The position numbers and the translations under genes were made by a program. A stretch of 64,000 nucleotides of DNA from assembly GCA_013265495.1 (NCBI GenBank), contig MU058289.1, positions 2,355,451 through 2,419,450 of the forward strand. The letters are read 5' to 3'. How positions within the stretch are numbered: position 1 is the first letter of the stretch; each line of letters begins with the position of its first letter. Under the pieces are notes generated by a model, which was given only the letters and a program-made list of their open reading frames with translations, was not told the origin of the DNA and did no database searches. The DNA comes from Vicugna vicugna (taxonomy: Eukaryota). Positions 1 to 13,700 of this stretch are shown in pieces.

Positions 1-265
1 TCTCACAGTGTGTGCAGGGAAGGGGAAAGGGCTTCTCAGCCTGGCTGCCCCCCAAATCAAAGAACCAGGTGGGTGAGAGGCTCTCACGGTGGCTCTGCTT
101 CTCCCAAGGGGTATGTGAGAAACGGAGAGGGAAACTTGGGAGCTGTGGTAATGGGGAAGCTATAGATTCTGCCAGTGGGGGCCTGGAGATGGGGGCAGTC
201 TCTCCCAGCAGTAAGTCATCCTGTACAGACACAGTGTCTGAATATTCTGGACACTCGGATAGGTG

Positions 266-460
266 AGCAGTTCCCAATCAGGGGTGATTTTGCACCCTCG
301 GGGGACCTTTGGCAATGTCTGGAGACATTCTGATCATCCCCACCTGGAGCAGGAGTGCTGCTGACATCTAGGGGGTAGAGGCCAAGGATGCTGCCCCCCA
401 GTGCACAACAGCATGTTGGCAGCACTGAGGCTCAGGGATCCCGGCGAAGGTGAAAACCCT
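266..460 (+). mobile_element. MER20-like hAT DNA transposon relic
   Basis: GGGGTGATTTTGCACCC..GGGGACCTTTGGCAATGTCTGGAGACATT...CATCTAGGGGGTAGAGGCCAAGGATGCTGC resembles the MER20 consensus. Confidence 0.75.
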
Positions 461-3400
461 GTTGGTAATGATCAGACTCTGGAACCTGCTTTTGTGTTTG
501 CCTGGTTTCCAAATACAGAATTTCCTGGGGATGCAACAAGCATGAAAAGCTAGGGAAAATGGAACCTTGTTTCGTTTGGATGTTTACCCAGTTGTTTGCC
601 ATTTTGGAAAACCATGTCCCTAAGCCGTGGCCCAGGCAGCCATCTAAGCCTGGAAGGATGCTCCGACCCCGGTCTGCATCTGCAGCAGTTACAACCCCAA
701 CGATTCTGCACAACCGGCATCTGAGTCCTCTGCAGATCAGACACAAGCATTTTTCAAATCGAACACACATTATGAAGTTATAAATCCCTTTTATTTCTCA
801 TTTGTTTCAAAGTTAGGATATTCGATTGATTTTTTTTTTAATTATGACTGCAGGTTCTATTCTCTATGAATGTTATTCTGGTGTGGCAAGCAGACATTGT
901 GAGATTCTTTATATAAGGGGCAATGAATCTGAATGGATTGACCAGATGTAGGTGCTCACAGGAGGTGGGGAGTAGGAAGGAGACAAGGAGGGTTCTTGCC
1001 TGAGCAGCAGCAGGTGAGGGTGCCCCCTGGATAAGGGTGGTAGGGGGGCCTGGCCCTGAAGGAAAATCCATCGGCTTGAGGGGAGCTGGGTCTTTGGGTG
1101 GGCAGAGAGGAGTGGAGACTGCAGACAAATCACTGAATGTGGGAAGGGAGCCCTGGAGGGAGCCCCAGGGGCACTGCGGGGGCAGGTGGAGGACAAGGGC
1201 CATGCCAAGTCCAGCACAGGGATCTGTGAGCAGCTCCTTGAAGGAGGTATGAGCGGTTCCGGGTCACGGTGCAGGCACAGTAGGGGCCAAACGTCCCTTC
1301 AAGACCATAGGCAGCTCTGAGAAGAAATCATCTGGCCCTGTTTGAACCCACAAGGCTGGCCATGTCAGGCCATCAGCAGACCAGGGTCCCTGCCCATCAA
1401 ACCGACAGGCGGAGCTGACTACCAGGAAGGACCCTGGGGTAGGATGGAGGAGAGGAGCCCCAGGACCAGGAGGCCCATGCCTCCCAGAGGTTGCTCTTTC
1501 CGGATCTGAATATCCCAGCTCCCCACGCATCAGCTATATGACCTTGGGCTGATTATTTGTACCCAGTGCCTCAGCCTTTCCACCTTTGAAATGGGAAGAT
1601 AACAGTACCGGCTCTCCTCCTATCTCCCCGAGACAATGCCCTAATCCTATCCCAAGGCCTGGCCAAGCCAGGACCTCCCCCCCCCCCGGGCAGGACCCAA
1701 CCTTAGCCAGGCTGATCCGTGTCCCCGCCCATAGGCAGCCTGGGGCCAGCTGAGGCCCTAAGAACGGTCACCTCACATGTCTTCCTCCTGTAAGATGGGC
1801 CCAAGAGAACGTGCCATCTTCCTCTGAAGAAAGAGTTCCCACAGATGTTGCTCCTGAGGCCCTTGGTGATGGTGCTGAGTGGGGCCCAGGCCACACAGAG
1901 AGGCTGGTGTCTTGTGTCCAGGAGGGTGACCAGGGGCCAAGGGTGGGGAGACCCCTCTGACATTGAGACAGCTCCTTTCCAGATCCTTCTGAGGGCACCT
2001 GGGATCCAGCCAGCCCATCTGGACAGGGTCCCTGGAGAAGCGGGCCTGCGTTTCTCCAGAGTGGCTCACCCCCTACAACCCAGGAGAGTCAGACCCCCAC
2101 CCTCCCCACTAGCCTGGCATCAGTCAGCACAGGGAGTGCCCCCACAGGAGTTGGGGGTCCAAGGTTAGGGAGTGGTGGGGGCACCCAGCAGGTCATCCTG
2201 TCCAGGGCCCCATGTTCAGACTTTCTGTGTGGTCCCCCAGCAACCATGCACACGTGGTCCCCAAGCTGCCCTCAAGACTGAGGACAATCCACGCCCTGCC
2301 AATATGTCCCAGGGGCTGTTGTGTCCTCAAATCCAAAGAGTTATCTGGTGATGTGCAAAGTCTTGTTTTCACATCAGAAGTGTTACAAGTCTGTTACAAG
2401 TACGTGCCTAGATTGCGCCAATGTTTTGTCACTGGTTTTAACATTTTCCTGTGTTTTGAGGCACCGAGCCTCGGAGGGGCCTGCCTGGGCAGCCAGCCCC
2501 ATGGTGCCCGCTCCTCCGCCCGCACCTTTCCCAGGCTCGCTGCCTGCGGCCTGTTGGGCAGCAGGGGAAGCTTGGCCCACCAGGCCAGGCTCGGCCTGTC
2601 GGGGCAGCTCCACTCAGCTGTGAGAAAGGCCCAGGCCCATCAGATAAGGCTCTGGGCCCTCCCCTTGTCACCGCCACCGCAGGAGGCTCTATCCTTCCAG
2701 TCCCTCCCCAGCCCTGCCCCGAGGCAGGTGTGCTGCCCAGAATGAATTTCACTACGAGATCTCGCTGGTTTCACTATGAGTTTCCTGACCCCAGCCAGCA
2801 CCCACGGCGCCCGCCCAGGGCCTCTCCTGCATCTCTAGGGCCAGGAGGCAAGCCTCCCCAACTCAGGCAGCAGCAGGAGGGAGCCTGGTCAGCCCTTCGG
2901 AAGGACTTCCTTGGCTCCCAGCTGATGCTGGCAGTCCCAGGAGAGGCTGGGTCCTGGTCCCAGGAAGCCTAGACAGCCCATCCCAACCCCCTAGGACAGG
3001 GTCCGGCAGTGTACTGGATTCCCTGATGTCTGAGAGAAGCAGGGCACCAGAGTCCATTCCAGGGACGGGGATGGCTGCCCTCTGGTGGCATCTTCTGGAA
3101 TGGCAATTGTCCTTGAAAGAAGGCCAGGCAGAGGGTGTCCTGGTCCAGGAGGCTGGCCAAGCAGGATCTGGGACAACCAGATTCCAGAGTTCCATAGCAG
3201 AGGCCCAAGCCCCAGCTTCCCATGTTCTGTACTGGTCCCTGTTACCCACAGCCCCCACCACCACCTCAAGGCTGCACAGGGCTACCTACGCCTGTGGGGG
3301 CCTCAGGGGAGGACATGGGGTGACATAGGAAGACATGAGAGTCTCCTACTCCCCAACAGGTCACCCCTCCCCTCCTTTTCCCTCTTCCGACAGGTGGGCC

Positions 3401-3881
3401 CATGAATATCAGGGCCAGGGCAAGCTGCCCCCCAAAACAGCTGTGGGCACTGAGGGATCCGGAGCCGCCCTGCTCCCTCCCCGTCACAGACGTTAAGTGA
3501 CTTATCCAGCTTAGAAGTCAGTGGCAGAGCTAGGACTCAAAACTGTATCTCTTGGTTCCCCATCAGACATCTGGGAATGGGAACCTACACTGAAGCCCTA
3601 CTTAGGTTGTGCTGGGAGGAAGGCCAGGCCTGCCTCTGAAGAGCATCTGGCCCTGTGGAGAGAGAAGTAGTGAGGAGAGATGGCAACATGGGCACAGAAG
3701 AGACATGCCGTCCAGTCTGGGGACCAGATGTCCTCCTGCAGAAGGTGGTAAGCAGGCTGACTCACAAGGGACAAATGAGCATAACAGTGTATGAAGGGCA
3801 TGCAGGCCAGGCAGACAGCATGAGCAAAGACAGGTGGGGACCGACATCTAAGCATGCAGAGGCAGGGACAGTGGCTCTGAC

Positions 3882-4010
3882 GAGGGTGACCACACATCCC
3901 AGTTTGCTTGGACATCTGGTTTATACCTGTTTTCCCAGTGTAATTATCAATAGCACCCCCTTTCATTTCCAAAAGGGCCCCAGTTTGGATGGTTAGTTAA
4001 ATGGCCTCCC
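3882..4010 (+). mobile_element. MER94-like hAT-Blackjack relic
   Basis: AGGGTGACCAC...GTAATTATCAATAGCACCCCCTTTCATTTCCAAAAG pattern. Confidence 0.6.
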
Positions 4011-4571
4011 TCCTGAAACATCTCTGTGGTGGCCAGGGGTGGGGTGTTGTTGAACCTCACCCCAGTGGTTGCATCGAGCAAGGACAGTTCAGGGTAAAGT
4101 AGAGAGATTCAACGTGCACTTTACTTTGGAGCAATCCTAGGGCAGCAGAGAAGCTGTCATCAGCCTCGAGGAAAGGGTGGGTGGTGGCGAATATCGGGGT
4201 GCATGGTATGGAGGGGTGGAGGCCGAAAGTGGGGACAGTCAGAGCTCTGGGAGTGGAGTCTGGGATCTGGGTCCCCATCACAGGAGGCAGGGAGTGAGGG
4301 CGCTGTGTAGTGACACTCTTCATCTGATCATTCTAGAAGCACCGAGCGTGCAAGACTGGGCCCTTAACCCTGGGCAAGGTGGTCCCCACCGTGGACCCCT
4401 AACACTGTGGAGAGCCAGAATGTCACCAGCACCAAATTCAAAGGTTTTTTAAAATATTTTTAGTCTCACGGAATATTTTAAAGTTTGATAACTAATTGAA
4501 GAAAGGTGAATTCTGGGAGAGGTACAGGCCCCTTCCGCTGGCTGGAAGATGCTGAGTTAAGAGTGGTAAGA

Positions 4572-4652
4572 GTGTGTGTGAGTGTGAGAGTGTGTGTGTG
4601 CACGCGTGTGTGCGTGTGCACGCGTGTGTGCGTGCGTGCGCGCATGTGCGCA
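4572..4652. repeat. (TG/CG)n alternating purine-pyrimidine tract
   Basis: gtgtgtgtg...cacgcgtgtgtgcgtgtgcacgcgtgtgtgcgtgcgtgcgcgcatgtgcgcac, read directly. Confidence 0.9.
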
Positions 4653-5489
4653 CAGGGGGCAGTCACAGCCTCCGCCCTGGGAAACGAGAAAAAGAGAGGA
4701 TGCTTTCATCTAAAGTTGACTGCCCCAGATTACCAAGGAGCGTGTCCCAGCAGCCTGGTTTCCCCATAACTGAGTTTCCTCCATTCTGAGCCATAGAGAT
4801 GTTTGGAGAGGGGATTAGAATGGCCAGGAAATCCCAGGTGGGGAAAGCGAGGTGGTGGGAATGATGACAAGGCCAGCCTCCATCCCAGGAGCCTTGGATG
4901 CTGTCCCCTTTCCCACCCCAGTTGATAGTGGCCGTCAGGACTGCCTGCATGCCCCTAGGAGAGGTCTGCAGGGCCAAGGTGTGAATGAGGGCTGGGTCGT
5001 GGCAGAGTTTCACTGGTAACTTTTAGTTCTGTTTAGGCATATAATACATGGCGCTTTCATTTGGACTCCTGCCCTAGGCCTACCCGTGTTAGGGCTGGAC
5101 ATGGGTGAGCAGGGGTGGTCCAAGGAAGGTGCACAATGGGGAGGGTGCACATGAAGGAGCAGCAACACTGTCCAAAGCTGGGAGTCCCGTGAGACTGAAT
5201 CAGAGAAGAGTCCCCAAGAACTATCAGCAAAGAGAGACTTGAGATTTGGACCAGAAGTGGTTTGGGACCAGGAAGATGGAAACCAAGGAGAAACTGAGAT
5301 TGCCTGAACAGCTCCCTAGGCTGGAAGGTGAGGAAGGAAGAGAAGAGCGGTTAAGGCCGGAACAGATGCAGGGGCACCAAGCAGGTCTGCCGCCCATGAG
5401 GAGCTGGTGGAGAAAGAATAGATACAAGGGCCCTACATGGCGGATCCTGTCCCACCAGGGACCCTGCCCAGGACATGTTGAATGTCCTA

Positions 5490-8310
5490 TTCTTGTTGAA
5501 TTCAGCATAACCTACATATAAAATATTGTACAAAACCTAAGCTTTGTGCTTGATGAATTTCCACAAACAGAACATAGCCGTATAACCAGAACCCAGATCA
5601 AGAAACAGAACATGACCAGCACCCCCAGAGCCTCCGCGTGTGCCTCCCCAGCCTCTACCTCCGAGGTAGCTCTATCTTGCCTTTTAGCATCATTACATTA
5701 ATTTTGCCTGTTTTAGCACTTCACGTGAATGGGAATATCCCAGAATGTTATGTCACATTCAGATTCTTTTGCTCAATTCTTAATGATCCACATTGTGGCA
5801 TGGTAGTAATTTGATCATTTCCTTCGCAGCACAGGACTCCAGGACTTGAATGTACTCTGATGTATTTCTTTCCACTAATAATGGTTTCTGGTTTGGGGTA
5901 ACTAAGTGTGAAGAGTGCTGCTATGAACAATGTGGTAGATGTCTTTTGGTGCATTTCTGTATTTCTTTATGTTGGGTATATTACCTGGGAGTGTAGCTTA
6001 GCCTGGGCTCTCCAGAAACAGAGCCCAAGGCAAACGCTTAATCAGGGGGTGCAATCACAGGGAATCGAGGGGGAGGGGAGGGGGTGAGGCAGGGAGGGCA
6101 AGAGAGCCAATAAGAGGGTGAGTTTCTGAACTGGCCACAGCGTGGCACCAAAAGCATCCGATTGCTGGGCGGGCGGGACCCTCCTGCAAGAGGCTTTATA
6201 ATGAATGGGATTCATGACAGCCCACCTGGGATGAGGAACTGGGGAGAATCTGTCCACTGGCTCCCACCTGCCACCGTCAAAGGATAGGTCCAAGTGTGTT
6301 AATGCCCCTGCATTTTGGGTTACAAATTTGTGGATGCCAGTTTCATCCCTCATCGTCTCAGGCCTCAAGGGGTGGCAGAGAAGCTCTGGGGAGTGATGGG
6401 AAGTGCCAGCAGGTTGTACCAGAAATGGGAGAAAAAGTAGCCAAGGCCTCCACAGCCAGGTGAAGTTGAAGGATCTGAACTGGTACCCAACAGGTGCCCG
6501 ATACAGAACAGAGATGCTGGGCATCATAGAGATTTAGAAATCCTGCCAAATAGTCTTCCAGACCGTCAGTACCCAGGCCCACTCCCTCCACGGTGCATAA
6601 GAGCCCTAGGTTACTCCACATACTTGCCAACACTGGTGTTTAACTTTAAGCATTCTGGTGAATGTGCAGTGGTATCTCATTCTGGTTTTAATTTGCATTT
6701 CCCTGATGACTAATGAGGTTGAACACCTGCTCAAGAGTTTACCAGCCATTTGGACATCCTCTCTTGTAAAGCACCTATTTAGTCTTTTTCCTATTGACTT
6801 GTAGTCGTTTCATACTTTTTAGATACGCGCCCTTTATCAGATAGATGTATTGAAGTAACTTCTCTCCAATGTGGCTTAATTTTCCCTCTCTTAATTATGC
6901 CTTTGATTAACAGAAGTTTCCAATTTCAATGGAGTCCAATTTGTCACCTTTTAACTGATGGTGCTTTTTGCATCCTGTTGAAGAAAATGAATCTATTCTC
7001 TCTACTAAGTCTTCTTCGAGCAGCCTTGTCATTTTACCTTTCACGGGTACATTCGGCTTTCATATGTACATCCATGGAATCCAGGGTATGGCATAAGGCA
7101 GAGATGAAGTTTTTTTTTTTTTTCAGTGTGAATACCTAACTGATGCAGCACCATTTATGGAAAAGTCTGTCCTTTCTCCACTGCTCTTCAATGTCAACTT
7201 TTTGGTGATAACACAGGAGTCCATAGATGGATGGGTCTGTTTCTCATTTTCTGTTTTGTTCCGTTGGTTGATTTGCCTATCTTTGCACCAACATTGTCTT
7301 CCTAACTGCAGTATAAGTCTTCCAACTTTGGTCTTCTTCATATAGATGTCAGAATCAGTTACTTTGCTAAACTAACTAATTAACCTTACATTTACTTATA
7401 ATTAAAAAAAAAATTCTACCCATCATGTCATGTGTAAATGACAATTTTGTGTCTTATTTTCCAGTCTTTATACATTTTTGCTTCTTTTCAGATTGGCTTC
7501 TTTCACTTAGTAACATGCATTTAAGTTTTCTCCATGTCTTTTCACAGCTTGATAATGCATTTCTTTTTTAGTGCTGTGTATTATTCCATGTGTGGATGTA
7601 CCACAGTTTATTTACTCATTCACCTACTGAAGGACATCTTAGTTACTTCCAAGTTTTGGTAATTATGAATGAAGCTGCTGTAAACATCCATGGGCAAGTT
7701 TTTGTGCGGATATTAGTTTTCAGCTCCTTTGGGTAAACACCAAGGAGCAAAACTGCTGGACAAATGAAAAGAGTATTTTAGTTTTATAAGAAACCACCAA
7801 ACTGTCTTTCAAAGTGGCTGTACCATTTGGACTGAATAAGAATTCCTGTTGCTACACATCTTCAGCTGCCTTTGGTGTTACCAGTATTCCAGACTTTAGT
7901 CACTAAAAGGTGAGCCTCATTACTTCTTTTTCTTGCCTTATTGCACTAGCTGGGACCTCCAGCTAGAATTCACCAGTGCTAACATTCTTCCTCATTTTCA
8001 GTCTCGGTGGAGAGGCATTCCACATTTCACCATCAAGCATGATGTTAGCTGAGGGGTTTTGTTTGTTGTTTTCTGTTTCTTGGAAGGTTTGGGGTTTGGG
8101 CAGAGACCTTTATCAGACTGAGAACGTTCTCTTCTATTTCTAATTTGCTTAGAGTTTTTTGGTGTGCTTAAACCATAGATGATTTTTTTCTGAATCTGGT
8201 GAGAAGATCCTATGGTTTTCCTTTCTTTCCTTCTTTTTTTTCTTCTGTTAATGTGGGGAATTACACTGATTGACTTTTGGATGGTAATCCAGTCTTTCCA
8301 ACTTTTTGTT
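5490..8310 (-). mobile_element. Cluster of old antisense L1 fragments with a nested MLT1-like LTR (about 5990-6510)
   Basis: T-rich L1 signatures such as GTGGTATCTCATTCTGGTTTTAATTTGCATTTCCCTGATGACTAATGAGGTTGAAC. The LTR-like insert begins TGTAGCTTAGCCTGGGCTCTCCAGAAACAGAGCCC. Confidence 0.7.
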
Positions 8311-8639
8311 CCCATTGGGGTTTGCAGGTTCTGGTTTATTCCACTAAAATGACCTGAACTGTGGGCCTGGGCAGTAACATGTATATTTCACCCTGTGCAG
8401 TACCCGAGAGTCACCTCTTCTCCTCAAACACAGACTCCACATTTCAGGTGCCGTGAGAGGCTCACCCCAGAAAACCACAGGCCCCTGGCCAGTGAGGCTC
8501 ATGCTAACCACTGGGTGCACCAGCCCTTGTGGGACCCTTTCCCAACAGACCCTAGCATTGCAAGGGCAACTGGGTCAAACAGGAGAGTCAAACAGGTCAG
8601 ACCCCAGCCCATTCTGCTGCCCCCGCCACAATTAAGCGT

Positions 8640-9300
8640 CTCCACAGCTGGTGCCTCCTCCTCCCAACCCTGCCGCCTGTGCGAGGCTCCTTTAAGAAAG
8701 TCGGCGCTGAACGCGTCTCTGGGGCTGGAGGCTGAGGTCGCCAAGAATGCGGGACTCCGACGGGAGCTAAAGCTTCGCGGGGCGGTCTCCCCCTCCTTGT
8801 CCCCCCAGGGTCGTCCGGCTCTTACTCCCAGGTCCCCGCCCCCAACTTCGAAGGTCTCCAGTCTCCCGCAAACCCCCTGCACCTCGATGCTCCGCCAGCC
8901 GGCAGCGGAGGACCGGACCCCAGCCCCACCTCCACCTTCCCCCTCCCACCAACCCACCCGGGTGGCGCGCCCCCGCCGCCACCACCGCGGCAAGCCCAGA
9001 GGCCGCGCGGGCGGGGGAAGGACGGGGCGCCCCGGGCGGCCTCATCCACATGCAGGGGATGGCGCGTCGCGGCGGCCGCCAGGAAGGGACAAAGGCTGTT
9101 CCGCCGCCGGCCGCACTGTGCCAGGCTCACCCCGCCTGCCGCCCTGGTGGCCCCCGACGCGGACCCCCTTGTGTCTGCTCCGCCCGCTGGGGCTGCACAG
9201 TCCGGACGGCTTCCAGGTGGAAGCAGCCTCCTGGGACCCTGAATGCCCGATCTCCTCCTGCGACCTCAGAGGCCACAGCACCCTCTCCGTGTCTCCCAGT
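8640..9300. promoter_or_regulatory. Separate CpG island about 1-1.7 kb upstream of SLC7A10
   Basis: CpG-dense, GC-rich block separated from the promoter island by CpG-poor sequence. Confidence 0.6.
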
Positions 9301-10099
9301 CAGTTGAGGTGGCCTCATCTCCTTGAGCCGGGCTGGACTGTTTGGGGACTTCGCCAAAGACCCGAATTCTAGTCCACTGAGCCCCTACTCTGACTTGTGG
9401 CCAGGCGCCTACGGATGAAACTTGCCAGACCCAGTCCAGAGCCCAGCTGGACAGAGGGTGGAGGAAGGTGGGGTTTTGAGCAGAACCCCTTCTAGGACCC
9501 TCACAAGGCATTGGGGCCCCGCTGGATAAGGGTTAGGGGCTCCAGAGTCTTCACCCCGACCCTGTCTCCCCAAACTTTTGATGGTGAGTACTTAAGAGTC
9601 CCTTGACCCCTCAGAGGGGATCCTGGACACAGCCCCCATCCTCCTAGAGCTATACGTCACACCCCACCATCAGCGTCTGGAAGCCAAGGACGCATCAGAA
9701 AGGCTTTGCCCTTGGGGCCTGCCTCTTGCTCCATACTCTTCTGTACTATCCCTGGGGCCTTCTACCTGTAGAATGGACCCAACCTCCACCCCTCTCCCCG
9801 CACACACGCACTTGTAGTCTGTGCCAGGATTTAAGGAGGATGGAAGCCCTGGCGCACAGTGGGTCTCAATACATAGACGGCTATTATTTTTGCTACCTTC
9901 CTCAGTCTCCTTGTGGGGAGGGACAGTCTTGTCTTTGAGCTCTGCTCCCCACCCCACCCCCAGAAATGGATGTAACTCAGGCAGCAGGAGGGCCCTCTTC
10001 GTAGGCCTTCTTTGGTCAGGGAAATTCTTCCTAAGTCTGCCCCAGGTCCTCGTCTTCCTTCCAGGCTAGGGTTGGAGAGTAGGGGGTCGCTGGGGGAGT

Positions 10100-10740
10100 T
10101 CCCTTTAAGGAAGGTGGGGGAGGGGGCTGCCGGCCGGCCCTCCTTCCGCCCCTCCCTGGCCTCCGCCGGCCGGGGCTCAGGGCCCGGGCCCCGCGCCAGC
10201 GCATGCGCCCGCCTGTGGGCGCTGTCCCAGCTGCGAGGGCGGCGCGCATCGACAGCCGGACGGACAGACGGACTGGCGGCCGGTCGGACAGACGGGGCAG
10301 CGCAGGGAGCCGGGACGCGGTGGGACAGCGACATGACCGGCCACATGCAGCAGCCGAGCGGGCGCGGGAACCCCGGCCCTGCGCCCTTGCCTTCCCCTGG
10401 CCCGGGCCCCGGCCCCGGCGCCGGCGCCTCGGAGCGGGTGGCGCTCAAGAAGGAGATCGGGCTGGTGAGCGCCTGCACGATCATCATCGGTGAGCGGGTG
10501 CCTGGGGCGGTAGGGCCGAAGGCGCACAGCGGCTCAGAAGGAGGGGCACCCATTTTGGGGCGCTCCTGCCGGTCTGCGACGGTGGGACACGGAATAGGGG
10601 ATGCCCTTCCCCTCCTGGAGTACCTGTGGTGTCTCCCCTCGCACAGCAGCCGCCGGGCTTCTTGTTTTCACCTCCCCATGTGCCCCGAAGTTTTGCGCTT
10701 GAGGGAGGTGCGGGTCCCATCCACCGCTAGAATCCTCGTC
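10100..10740 (+). promoter_or_regulatory. SLC7A10 CpG-island promoter / exon 1 with NRF1-type palindrome GCGCATGCGC (10199-10208)
   Basis: High CpG and GC content around the first coding exon, with GC boxes and an exact GCGCATGCGC. Confidence 0.8.
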
Positions 10741-13700
10741 CTGCCCTTACTTTGTCACGGACTTCTGCTAGGCAATTACCCTCAGTTTTCTCACCTATAA
10801 AATGGAGATGACTGTGGTCCTGCCGTGAGTGCAGGAGCCTTGCAGGTGTCGGTCAGGGCTTATCAAGCTTAACCCTGCTAAGGTCCCAAGTTCTAGGCCT
10901 TGTGGCTCAAGCTCTTTCTATTGTGTGCAGGGTCCAGGTGCCAAGCAGTGTGGGTAATTCATTCTTCGAAAGCAAGAGAGACTGTGGGTAGACTGCACAG
11001 GTAGAGCCAGCCCAGAGGGGAAATCGGTTAGAAATATATAATTAGTGCAGAGTTTGGCAGCAGGACCCTGGGGAAGGAGGCGGAGCAGCCAGTGACTAGG
11101 GGAGGCTGAGTTGGGGTGGGCAGACCCAGCCTGCAGACAGGCCAACTGCTTCCTGGGCTGAGATCCCGACAGGCACTTGCATCCTCTCACTCTACCGCCC
11201 AGCTTCCCAACCTGAGAACGAGTCCGTGTGTCCTGGCCCCATATGGGGATGTCCGGGTAGGCAGAGGGTTCAGGGGACAGTGAGAGCTGTGGTGGGATTT
11301 TCCTCCTTCTGTCCCAAGTTGTTGGCACTGACTCCTCAGAAACTGGCAACCCCAGACTTGTGCCTGTGTTCACACCGGGTGCCTCAGAGACCCACCTGGG
11401 AGGGGTCTGTTCCATCCCCTGTGTCCCAGAAGACACGGGCTGGAAGGATGAACAGCAGGGGTCTTGACTGCTCTCACTTCCCCAGCCAATGGGAGCTGCT
11501 TATGCATCCGCTGCCCCCACCCATCCTTAGACCCTTGGAGCTGGAGAAAGTTGAGGGCTCAGGAAGGCACACTAGGGTCTTCACCTTTTCCTCCTCTGCA
11601 CCCCCTACCAGGCGCTCTTGAGCCAAGGCTGGGGTCTGGCTCTTGGCCATCTCCTGCACCCACACTGAGAATTGCCCCAGAACACATCTTCCCTGTCTCA
11701 CCCAGTTGCACCTGGAATGGGATTTCTAGGAGCTGGTCTTGATCTGGCCTGGAGATCTTCTTGGCCTAGAGTGCCCCTGCTTGACTGCTGGGAGGAAGGG
11801 CTGGTTCCAGGGATTTGGCCAGGGTACTGGTTAGCTCTTTGTCCTGGCCTACACCCTCTCCAGGAGCTGTGCCCCAGGAAGGGGAAGCCCACACATCATG
11901 GATGGGCCATGATGTCAAGAAGCTGACCATGTCTGGTGCCAGCTACAGTGCCTGGCAGGTGCAGGGAGAGATGTGGCTCTTCCTGGGCTGCCTCAGCTAA
12001 ACCCACCATCCTTGAGCTGTATCCTCCTCTGCCTCCTTCACACATCCCATCCCCTTTGGGTCAGGCAGAAGCTCCTGGCTCCTCTCTCCTCCAAAGATGG
12101 CCTGGTGGTGATGGCGGGAGTGGAGGAGGCTAATTCTGCAAGAATTTTTATGCGCAGCCCAGTTCTGCCCTTACAGCTCCTCCAACTTTCAGGCTATTCT
12201 TTCTGCTCCAGATCCACTGCCCCCTTGGCCTCAGGCCTTGAAGATTGAGCTGGGGTTAGGGGTGACTTGGCCAAGGGTAGCAGACTCAAGAACAAAACTC
12301 AGATGACCTGACTTCAACCCAGGACACTCAGATCTGATAACTCTGCTTGGGGAGCAGCCTGGACTGGGCAGGAGACAGACAAGGAGCAAACGGACCTGGA
12401 CCAGGAGGTGGCAGATGAGGGAGGTGCCGTTATGGGCTGCATCACTGCACTGCCCTCCCCACCTGATGGCCTGAAGGCCCCCACCCTCTCCCTATCCACT
12501 ATTCTGGGGACCCTGCCTCCCACATCTTACCCCACCTTCGTGCCTTAAGGAGCCTGGTCAAAGCAAAAAGTGTCTGCAAAGTGTCATATTTTAGCTATGA
12601 AAGTCTTGAGAACTTCATAATCTTTCTTGTTTGATAGCAGCTACTATCCGTTATTTCCAAAACTTCCAAATAGACCTTCCCAGATCCTATAATTCTCTCC
12701 CCTTTACCCCCTGCCCTGTCCCAGGCTGAGGAATAGGGCACAGAGGAATGGAATGACATAAAAGGGCTTTGGGCTGGAATAAGACTGCACCTAAAACGTG
12801 TTTAGGACAGCACCCACTGGCCACAGCAAGCGCAACTGGGGCCAGGGGTTGGGGGGCAGCCAAAGGGATGGGCCAGCCTGGAGGAAAAAGAGCCATCTGG
12901 GGCGGGAGCTGTGCAAGACATCACCACATCCAACACTATTCAGAAAAACACCCATTATTATGTTATGAAAACATCTTCTCCCTTTATTTCATTTGATTGC
13001 CCGCCTTGAGAGATGGAAATTTTTATATGCATTTTACAGATGTAGAAACTGAGGTCTGGAGTTAAATGATGCTGCTGCAAGTGGTGGACTCAGGTTGGGA
13101 ACCAGAATTGGACTCATCTCCCAATCCAGTGCCCTTTCTCACACTGCTCCGATGCAGGGCAAGATTGGGACCAGATTCAGAGCCCATGGTGGGGGGAAGG
13201 TTGGGGATTGAGCTGGGAGATCAGTCAACCAGGATTTACTGAGCTCTTCACTCTACTGTGGATGGATGAACGAACAGATGGGCAGAGAAATCACCCCTGA
13301 CTCCCCCGCCTCCACCCAGTGCTGTAGGTACAGGGTCTCTTGTCCTGAATCCAGGACCTCAACCACCTCCCTCCCTGATCCACACCCAAGGAAGGGACGT
13401 GCCCAGCTCCAGCAGAGTGAGAATCACCTGGGTCTGCTGACCAGGCTGTCCTGTCCCCCACTCTCTCCCTGTGACTCAAATATCCAGCCCATGTTTATGG
13501 ATTAGGCTCAAGTATGTTCTCGGATTCAGGGGTCAGCTTCATGAACCCCATCTCCTTAGAAGCCAATCCCTGCTCATCCATCCATAGCCAAGCCCCTCTA
13601 TTGTCTCCAGGACTGAAAATGTTGGGCTCCTCAGAGGATAGCCCCCTCCAGAATCCCAGTCCATCCTCACCGAGACCCTGAGGGGACATAACACCACACA

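Noticed and set aside
8395..9372. 325-aa ORF on +
   Set aside because: It starts at GTG, is Pro/Arg/Gly-rich and spans a CpG island, so stop-codon scarcity in GC-rich DNA explains it.
10203..10493. Out-of-frame ATG ORF overlapping the SLC7A10 start
   Set aside because: The ATG lies within the NRF1 motif, probably upstream of the TSS, so it cannot be supported as a uORF without TSS data.
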